Positions 34,069 through 40,702 of a stretch of DNA of 40,702 bases are shown one piece after another. The notes below the pieces were generated by a model. It made no database searches. It saw nothing but the letters and a program-made list of their open reading frames with translations, and was not told where the DNA came from. The stretch is from an uncultured Akkermansia sp. (lineage in GTDB: Bacteria; Verrucomicrobiota; Verrucomicrobiia; Verrucomicrobiales; Akkermansiaceae): the NCBI GenBank assembly GCA_964371115.1, contig CAYJLP010000003.1, forward strand, positions 1 through 40,702, given 5' to 3'. The position numbers and the translations under genes were made by a program. The stretch's first letter is position 1. Every line of letters begins with the position of its first letter.

Positions 34069-34987
34069 ATTGCGATAGGGCGAAATCTATCCTCTGGGCG
34101 ACAGCGCGTATCATAGGCACAGGGACACTATTGCCTGTTTGTTTGCGAATTTCTTGATGTGAGGTGACGATTTTAAATGAATCGGGGAAGCCCTGCAAGC
34201 GGAGAAGCTCTCGTGATGATGGTCGTCGGATTCCGTTCACTAGTAAATAATTGTACGATGCTCCTGTGCGCAGTGCGCAGGCATGATCGAGGACTGAGAT
34301 ATTACCCGATTTGTTCTCATGCCAGATGGATGGGTAGAATACCTTTTTGTGGCTTACTCGATCTTGGCGCTTTTGAACGATTTTTTCTGAGGCATAGAGA
34401 GAGACATCCACGTCCTCATCTGCTTCTAAAATATCCTTGAGATTATAGCCAATTCCGTCGAAATCAAAGTTAAAATGGCAGTAAGCATCAAAATCTAAAA
34501 AGCCAACCGCCACGATTCGCTCGCGTTTTTGCGGAATGCCAAAATCCAAGGCGTTGAGCACTTTCCATTTGACATGGTACCCCAGAGATTCGAGGCTAGC
34601 AAGCATGATGGAAAATGTCCTCCCCTTGTCATGCGTGACCAGACGCTTGACATTCTCTAGCAGAATGACACGTGGTCGATGGTACTTGAGAATACGCTCA
34701 ATCTCAAAAAAAAGTGTCCCTCGTGTATCGGCGAATCCCTTCCCAAGACCTATGATGCTAAATGCCTGACAAGGGAATCCTGCGAGTAATAAATCATGCT
34801 TGGGGATATCTTCTTCGCGGATGAGTGTGATGTCTCCTGCGGGTCGATGCCCATAGTTCGCCTCATAGGTATCGCAGGCCGCGCTATTGAATTCAGATGA
34901 AAACACATTCTGATATCCTAGTTCATCAAAGGGTAAACGAATACCTCCGATTCCTGCGAATAGGTCAATGAAATTCAGCTTTGGCAT
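33971..34987 (-). CDS. dcm: DNA (cytosine-5)-methyltransferase
   Basis: IDLFAGIGG, GDI, AGFPCQAFS, ENV, PQKRER, RLQGFPD, GNSV (motifs I-X); promoter TTGAAA…TATAAT upstream. Confidence 0.95.
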   Translation of the reverse strand: MPKLNFIDLFAGIGGIRLPFDELGYQNVFSSEFNSAACDTYEANYGHRPAGDITLIREEDIPKHDLLLAGFPCQAFSIIGLGKGFADTRGTLFFEIERILKYHRPRVILLENVKRLVTHDKGRTFSIMLASLESLGYHVKWKVLNALDFGIPQKRERIVAVGFLDFDAYCHFNFDFDGIGYNLKDILEADEDVDVSLYASEKIVQKRQDRVSHKKVFYPSIWHENKSGNISVLDHACALRTGASYNYLLVNGIRRPSSRELLRLQGFPDSFKIVTSHQEIRKQTGNSVPVPMIRAVAQRIDFALSQCEEPQKDSHEYPTTQRRQEKKEPSSLRSQSYP

Positions 34988-35134
34988 AAATAGTTGTGCT
35001 CGCGATTATAGCACCTCTATGCCGATTTTCAAGCTTATTAGTGCCATGAACGCTACTTAAGTACTGCTACGCGCTCAAAGCTCCCAACGCGACTATTCTT
35101 GACAAATGTTTTGCAAAGGTGCTATAGTTACGAA

Positions 35135-36151
35135 ATGTCAAAACTATTATTCTACCCCCTTCTTGCCTGTACCTTAGCCTGCCCCATCCACGCTGAGACT
35201 ACTCCCCTCGAGCTCACGATCCATGATCAGATGGAGAAAGTGAGCCAGCAAGCTGGCAACAAGCTCAAGTCACTGATCTCTGACATGCAGGAAGTCTATG
35301 AGCGAGAGAATTTCGAAGAACTCCTCCTAGCCACCCTCGATCATCAGGTAGAGAACCCTATTTTCTCCTCCTATGAGAAGGAGGCCCCCGAAGCGTCCGC
35401 GTCTGCACGTCAGGCGAAAATGCTGCCTCTCTTCTGCGCTATTGCGTCGAGTCAGCTCTACTACCATTGGGAGATACTCGGCGAGCCAGAGCGTCGGATC
35501 CATCACCTCGCACGCATCCTGAGTACATCTCGAGTCCAGCGAGAGCTACAGGCACGCCTCTGCCCCATGCTGCTTGCGTTCATCGAAGCACCAGAGGACA
35601 GAGACGGCACACTCCAGCTGCTGAGGACACAGTATGGCGAGGCGGCTGCCGCTGCCTTCGAACAATGGGATCAAGAATGGGACAGCGACGAGAAGGCCAA
35701 GGATCAGAGCCTCCCTATCAACTATGCGGAGCTCCTCGACGCCCTGCGCGCCCTGTACCAAGACTATCAAGCCGTGATCCCACAACTGAAGGAGAAAAAC
35801 GAACGCCTGATCATGACGCGTGAGATGCGAAGCCTAGCATTCTGGATATTCCTAGCGAAGCAGAGCGGAGAGCTGACACTGAGTGATGAAGATGCGCGCC
35901 TCTTGTTCACCTGCGTGCGCGATCTCACGCCTGCGGGCTTGACGCGCGTCGCCAAGGCTGCAAGCAACAACTACGGTGAACCGAGTGCTGCTTCGAACTC
36001 CAAGCACCAGCCCTATATCCTGATGCCTCAGCAGTGGCTGGAGCGCGGCCTGTCCGATTGGGAGACAACGAAGAAGCAGTGGATCGCCGAGCTAGACCGC
36101 CTCTACCCCGAGCGCAAGCAGTATAGCAAGGAGCAGTGGAAGGAGATTTAA
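35135..36151 (+). CDS. Hypothetical secreted protein
   Basis: 338-aa ORF with signal-like MSKLLFYPLLACTLACPIHA; TTGACA-18-TATAGT upstream. Confidence 0.75.
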   Translation: MSKLLFYPLLACTLACPIHAETTPLELTIHDQMEKVSQQAGNKLKSLISDMQEVYERENFEELLLATLDHQVENPIFSSYEKEAPEASASARQAKMLPLFCAIASSQLYYHWEILGEPERRIHHLARILSTSRVQRELQARLCPMLLAFIEAPEDRDGTLQLLRTQYGEAAAAAFEQWDQEWDSDEKAKDQSLPINYAELLDALRALYQDYQAVIPQLKEKNERLIMTREMRSLAFWIFLAKQSGELTLSDEDARLLFTCVRDLTPAGLTRVAKAASNNYGEPSAASNSKHQPYILMPQQWLERGLSDWETTKKQWIAELDRLYPERKQYSKEQWKEI

Positions 36152-36183
36152 TTCTTTTTTGAAAGCAGCAGTCCCAGTGCCTA

Positions 36184-36789
36184 TCAAAAGGCGCTGGGGG
36201 GCATCTGTTGAAATAAATCTGTATAATGCTGCGAGAAGTCTTGCTCGGAAGCGAAGAAGGCTTTCCAGTGATCTTTCTTGTTGAGGATGATTGACTGGAA
36301 TGTATCAGCAGAGACCTGCTCAGAATTGAGCGCCCAGAGTATCCAAACCCGCCCCAGATAGCCTAGCTCGCCGTCAGGCAAGTCAACAAAGCATTGCTGC
36401 ATCCGCTGGAGCAAGTCCGCATCCTGTTGATTGTATTCCCAGCAGACCATCATCTCAGATAGGACAATAGAGCGATGGGCTGCGGGCGTGCTGCTGGGGA
36501 GCTTCCCATGCCAGAGATAGTCCACGGTGATCGCGTGCTTTCGAATCACGTCCAAGTAGGCAGTCTGATCGCGGGGGAGGACACGTCTCGCGGCCTGCAT
36601 ACAGTCGATCAAATGCTTGTCCGCTGTTATGTTTTTTGTGCCATAGCAGCGGGCGAGAAATGCGCGTTTGAGCTTGAATTGAGACCGTTCTTGGAGGCTG
36701 GATGCGCGGTCGCTAGGTTGGCTGATGTTGACACATGCGTGCAGCGATAGGCTGAGCAGGAGTATGGTGATTGTGAGGGGGGATTTCAT
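36184..36789 (-). CDS. Hypothetical lipoprotein
   Basis: MKSPLTITILLLSLSLHAC lipobox-like signal; 8 nt downstream of the phosphoesterase gene. Confidence 0.7.
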   Translation of the reverse strand: MKSPLTITILLLSLSLHACVNISQPSDRASSLQERSQFKLKRAFLARCYGTKNITADKHLIDCMQAARRVLPRDQTAYLDVIRKHAITVDYLWHGKLPSSTPAAHRSIVLSEMMVCWEYNQQDADLLQRMQQCFVDLPDGELGYLGRVWILWALNSEQVSADTFQSIILNKKDHWKAFFASEQDFSQHYTDLFQQMPPSAF

Positions 36790-36797
36790 GGTTTTGA

Positions 36798-37688
36798 TTA
36801 TTGTTGTGTCTGTGGTACAAAATCCATGATGTGAATCTCGGGGCGGCAGAAGAAGCGCATGCCCCAGATGGAGCCCAGCCCGCGTGAGACAAAGATCTGC
36901 TGCTCGCCGTCAAAATCATAGAGCCCCGCGGGCATCGAGGAGCGAAAGGAGACGTAGCTGCCATCCAGAGGGTTGCCCAGCTGCCCGCCGTGTGTGTGCC
37001 CTGCAAGCATGAAATCCCAGTCGTAGCCGCGCAGCGACCAGCGGCTCTCAGGGTCGTGGGAGAGCAGGAGTACGGGCTGCGCCTCGCTGTCTGCGGGCTT
37101 CATGCAGAGCTCGGGCTTCATGTCGCCCTCATTCCACTCGCCGAGACCGATGAGAGTGAGAGGCTTGCCGCTGGGGGTGATCCAATCGAGTCGATGGTTG
37201 CGCAGGATGCAGATACGGGATTCTCTCAGGACGCGCTCGACCTCGGGGAGTCGCTCCATGTCTTGGTTGCCCAGAATTGTGTAGGTAGGTGCTATGTCGC
37301 TGAGCTGGCGCAGCAGACCGATGAGCTGGCGGGTGCGTCTCATGCGCTGCCCGACCATGACGAGGTCACCGCCGAGGAGGATGAGGTCGGGCTTGGCTTC
37401 TTCGATGATGTCGATGGCTTCTTCAAGGAGCTCTCTGTTCTCATGGATGTCGGCGATGTAGGCGATGCGAAAGCTGCCCAGCTCGCTGAAGGCGGGGACG
37501 GCGAAGCTGTCGCGGGAGACTTCCATCTGGGAGGCTTCCCATTGACCGTATTTTTTTACCCCCTGATAGCCGATGAAGGCGAGCAGCACGAGAAACCAAA
37601 AGATTTTGCGCCAGCCTGTGCCGAGTAAGACGGCAAAGATGCTGGGTGGGGTGGGGGCGCTTTGGAGGGGATCGGGAGTGTCGTTCAT
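36798..37688 (-). CDS. Membrane-anchored metallophosphoesterase (YkuE/YaeI-like)
   Basis: IADIH, GGDLV, LGNQD, LSHDP, AGHTHGGQ, VSRGLG, RFFCRPE. Confidence 0.9.
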   Translation of the reverse strand: MNDTPDPLQSAPTPPSIFAVLLGTGWRKIFWFLVLLAFIGYQGVKKYGQWEASQMEVSRDSFAVPAFSELGSFRIAYIADIHENRELLEEAIDIIEEAKPDLILLGGDLVMVGQRMRRTRQLIGLLRQLSDIAPTYTILGNQDMERLPEVERVLRESRICILRNHRLDWITPSGKPLTLIGLGEWNEGDMKPELCMKPADSEAQPVLLLSHDPESRWSLRGYDWDFMLAGHTHGGQLGNPLDGSYVSFRSSMPAGLYDFDGEQQIFVSRGLGSIWGMRFFCRPEIHIMDFVPQTQQ

Positions 37689-37860
37689 GGTTGAGTCTGG
37701 TGTTTGGCTTGTAAGGATGTGGTGGTGTGGGCGTTAGCTAGCTGGAGCGCGATCTTCCCCCACATCGCGAGACTCAGATGATCCGAATGAAAGGTGGGCG
37801 AAGAGAGCCCAAGATGCTTCGCATCTGTAGGACCTCCGTTTAGTTTAATAACAACTAATA

Positions 37861-37898
37861 GGCACGGGCTGCCATCTATGCAAATGACAGCCCGTGCC
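37861..37898 (-). terminator. Hairpin after the aminopeptidase gene (terminator or stabiliser)
   Basis: ggcacgggctgccat…atgacagcccgtgcc; only a weak U-tract. Confidence 0.55.
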
Positions 37899-37905
37899 CG
37901 CAAAA

Positions 37906-39018
37906 TCATACCTCCGCTGGAGGATTGAGTATGGCAAAGGCGGGGTCGAGGAAAACGCCGTCCTTGCGCACAAGCACGTCATCAAAGTACATCTCACCAC
38001 CGCCATAGTCCGCACGCTGGATATTCACCAGATCCCAATGCACCTGCGACTTGTTCCCATTGTCACAGTCATCATAGGCCTGCCCCGGTGTGAAGTGGAA
38101 TGAGCCCGCAATCTTCTCATCAAACAGTGTGTCACACATCGCATGCAGGATCTCAGGGTTCGTCCCAAGGGCGAATTCTCCAATGTAGCGCGCTCCCTCA
38201 TCACTGTCAAGGATGTCATTGAGCTGCTTGGTCTTGCCATTGCACTCCGCATGCACGATCTTGCCGTCCTTGAACTCAAAGACGATGCCATCAAAGCCAA
38301 TGCCGCGATAGACACAGGGGGTGTTGTAGCTGATTTTGCCATTCACCGAGTCCTTGATGGGTGCCGAGAAGACTTCGCCATCAGGGATGTTGCACCCACC
38401 GGCACAGGTGATAGCGGGCATGCCTTTAATAGAGAAACTCAGGTCTGTACCAGGCCCGACGATGCGTACCTTGTCCGTCTTCATCATGAGCTCGCCGAGC
38501 TTGTCCATAGCGACCTTGAGCTCCGCATAGTTTGCGAGGCAGCACTTGAAGTAGAAGTCCTCAAACGCCTCCGTGCTCATGCCTGCAGCCTGCGCCATGG
38601 AGGGGGTTGGCCAGCGCAGCACACACCACTTCGTATGGTTTACACGCTGGTCTTGCATGGGGCGCAGGTGCTTCATGATGAGGCTCATTCTGTCAGAGGG
38701 GACGTCGGAGTTCTCAAAGGAGTTGTTCCCCCCACGGATGCCGATGAAGGCATCCATCTTCTTCATCTCTGCGAGGCTCACCTCAGCGATGGCTTCGTAT
38801 TGCGCATCATCTGCTCCACGGTACATCTCGCGGGTGAGGCGGCTGTGGTTGACGCGCAGGTGAGGGTGGCCGCCTGCGGCGCGCGCGGCGCGGATGAGGG
38901 CGATGCCGATGGCGTCGGGGACGTCGGTGATGTCGATGAGGATGTGCTCACCTGCTTGGAGATTGCAGGAGTAGTTAATCAGATTCTCGGCTAATTGGGT
39001 GATGCGTGGGTCTGTCAT
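37906..39018 (-). CDS. Aminopeptidase, peptidase M29 family (AmpS/AmpT-like)
   Basis: GPGTDLSF, NIPDGEVF, GARYIGEFALG, LFDEKIAGSFH…GQAY, NKSQVHWD. Confidence 0.92.
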   Translation of the reverse strand: MTDPRITQLAENLINYSCNLQAGEHILIDITDVPDAIGIALIRAARAAGGHPHLRVNHSRLTREMYRGADDAQYEAIAEVSLAEMKKMDAFIGIRGGNNSFENSDVPSDRMSLIMKHLRPMQDQRVNHTKWCVLRWPTPSMAQAAGMSTEAFEDFYFKCCLANYAELKVAMDKLGELMMKTDKVRIVGPGTDLSFSIKGMPAITCAGGCNIPDGEVFSAPIKDSVNGKISYNTPCVYRGIGFDGIVFEFKDGKIVHAECNGKTKQLNDILDSDEGARYIGEFALGTNPEILHAMCDTLFDEKIAGSFHFTPGQAYDDCDNGNKSQVHWDLVNIQRADYGGGEMYFDDVLVRKDGVFLDPAFAILNPPAEV

Positions 39019-39050
39019 AATTGAAAAGTGTAAAATTTCCCCTTAATTTA

Positions 39051-40166
39051 TCATAATTGGATATCAGACTTCAAGCACGCAATCGCGTTTTGGAGATCTT
39101 CGCGCGTGACGAGCTTGCTGACATGCGCCTCGCCGAGGGTCGATAGGAGGACGAAGCGTATGGCACCAGCGGAGAATTTCTTGTCTGCAGCGGTCTTTTT
39201 CAGAATGAGTTCTTCGTCGAGCGTGGCATCGAGCACAAGAGGCAGTCCGATGTCGGCGAGCAGGCTGAGGATTTCTTGCTCATCCTGCTCACTGAGCCCT
39301 GCATGGAGGCGCGAGAGGTAGAGCGCGGCGCGTAGGCCATAGGAGACAGCCTCACCATGGAGCATCTCGCCGTAGGGCAGAGAGGCCTCGACGCCGTGCC
39401 CGAGGGTGTGGCCGAGGTTGAGCAGGGCGCGGATGCCGAGCCGCTCTTCTTCATCAGCCTCGACGATGTGTGCTTTGATGGCGATGTTCTCCGCGAGGAT
39501 GTCGGGGAGCTGCTCTTTTGTGCTTGGGGAGAAGCCGCTTTCGAGTTCCTGCCCCATCTGCCGCAGGGCGGGGATCATGCTAGGGCGGCGGATGGCGGCG
39601 TGCTTCACCATCTCAGCCATGCCCTCGCGGATGACGCGCGCGGGGAGGCTATCAAGGGTCTCGGGGTCGACGAGCACGAGGCGGGGTTGGTGGAAGGCAC
39701 CGATGAGATTCTTGCCTGCGGCGGTGTCGACGGCGGTCTTGCCCCCGACGGAGCTATCGACCTGAGCCATGACGGTGGTGGGCATCTGGACAAAGGGGAT
39801 GCCCCGGTAGTAGATCGCGGCGAGGAATCCCGCCATGTCGCCGACGACACCGCCGCCGAGCGCGAGCACGAGGCTCTTTCTATCATGCCCTGCCTCGACC
39901 ATCTCGGAGACGAGTGTCTCGACGGTCTGGAGGTTCTTCGACTGCTCGCCTGCGGGGAAAACATGCAGGCTGGAGGCTATGCCCGCCTGCTGGAGGCTGC
40001 CTTGGACGGCTGCCGCGTAGAGGGAGGCGACGGTGGAGTCGGTGATGAGCGCGATGCGCCCTGTGAGCTGCTGCTGGGTGAGGAGGCTGCCGACGCGGTG
40101 GCGGATACCATTCTCGACGATGATGTCGTAGGAGCGATCTTCTAGGCAAAGAGAGACTGTGGGCAT
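39051..40166 (-). CDS. aroB: 3-dehydroquinate synthase
   Basis: GEQSK, ALGGGVVGDMAGF, RGIPFVQMPTT…VDSSVGGKT, KNLIGAFHQP, LNLGHTLGHGVE, HGEAV. Confidence 0.97.
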   Translation of the reverse strand: MPTVSLCLEDRSYDIIVENGIRHRVGSLLTQQQLTGRIALITDSTVASLYAAAVQGSLQQAGIASSLHVFPAGEQSKNLQTVETLVSEMVEAGHDRKSLVLALGGGVVGDMAGFLAAIYYRGIPFVQMPTTVMAQVDSSVGGKTAVDTAAGKNLIGAFHQPRLVLVDPETLDSLPARVIREGMAEMVKHAAIRRPSMIPALRQMGQELESGFSPSTKEQLPDILAENIAIKAHIVEADEEERLGIRALLNLGHTLGHGVEASLPYGEMLHGEAVSYGLRAALYLSRLHAGLSEQDEQEILSLLADIGLPLVLDATLDEELILKKTAADKKFSAGAIRFVLLSTLGEAHVSKLVTREDLQNAIACLKSDIQL

Positions 40167-40210
40167 GGGGGCATTATACCCCCTGCATGCCCTCTATCCA
40201 AGTCTTTTTC

Positions 40211-40702
40211 CTATTCGCTCGCGGGGCTGCTAGGCTGGCTGCTGCTGGGCTTTTTCTTGCGCAGTGTGAAGAGTAGGATGATGCAGGCGATGATGCTTGC
40301 GAGGCTGCCTATGTTGCCCACCTGCATCCAGAAGATGCCCGGCTGGTAGTGGCTCTGGAGTTGGAAGGCGGCGTCTTTGGCATCGCTGTAGGTGATGTAG
40401 TATCCCTTGTGGTCGAAGGTCTGCCCCTTGATGAGAATCTGGTCGTGCTGCCCCTTGCGGTCCTTGGTCTGGAGTCGGATGCTCTCGGCGATGTCCTGAG
40501 CGGGAGCCTCGAGGATGGTGAGGGTGAGGTCGTCGAGCTCATGGGGCTGCTGGAGGCTCAATGTATGCTCGCGGGGCTCATGCTGCTGGTTGCAAATGTG
40601 ACCTGCGGTCGAGACGAGTAGGCAGATGAGAGCTTGCACGAGGCAGAGTCTCGGCGTGAGGATGCGCCACGCGAGGTAGCCAAATACGCCTGTGAAGATC
40701 AG
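40211..40702 (-). CDS. Hypothetical membrane protein, C-terminal part (start outside the window)
   Basis: Frame is open to the window end (LIFTGVFGYLAWRILTPRLCLVQAL…); hydrophobic segments at both ends. Confidence 0.65.
   Translation of the reverse strand: MIFTGVFGYLAWRILTPRLCLVQALICLLVSTAGHICNQQHEPREHTLSLQQPHELDDLTLTILEAPAQDIAESIRLQTKDRKGQHDQILIKGQTFDHKGYYITYSDAKDAAFQLQSHYQPGIFWMQVGNIGSLASIIACIILLFTLRKKKPSSSQPSSPASE

Noticed and set aside
1..40702. tRNA, rRNA, integrase or transposase genes
   Set aside because: None recognised by eye; a tRNAscan/Infernal run would be needed to exclude them formally

Overview
Bacterial chromosomal window, probably Verrucomicrobiota/Akkermansia-like (inferred from a PEP-CTERM protein, a TIGR04073-like protein, GSIII and high-GC core genes). 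Core genes: trpE-trpGD-trpC-trpF (no trpBA), rpoN, an AhbC/AhbD-like radical SAM pair, rpsU, rarA, type III glutamine synthetase, lipA, an OmpR-type two-component system, an amidase, leuS, a metallophosphoesterase, an M29 aminopeptidase and aroB. Accessory genes: a partial HsdR-like gene missed by the ORF track, with intact helicase motifs but a degenerate nuclease motif; DUF1232; an acyltransferase bracketed by a 38-bp direct repeat; a type II C5 R-M pair; and two tandem paralog pairs. The most unusual signals are non-coding. (1) A modular family of dispersed hairpin elements with compensatory base changes and C-GNA-G triloops occurs at four loci, and includes a 3-unit tandem array next to the R-M cassette. 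(2) A TIR/4-bp-TSD MITE family is present. (3) A Trp-containing leader peptide and attenuator lie upstream of trpE. (4) A promoter-bearing ~190-nt rod-like sRNA candidate is present. (5) At least eight genes have a -10 box exactly 6 nt before the start codon, which suggests leaderless mRNAs. All calls come from manual reading and motif recognition; no searches were run.
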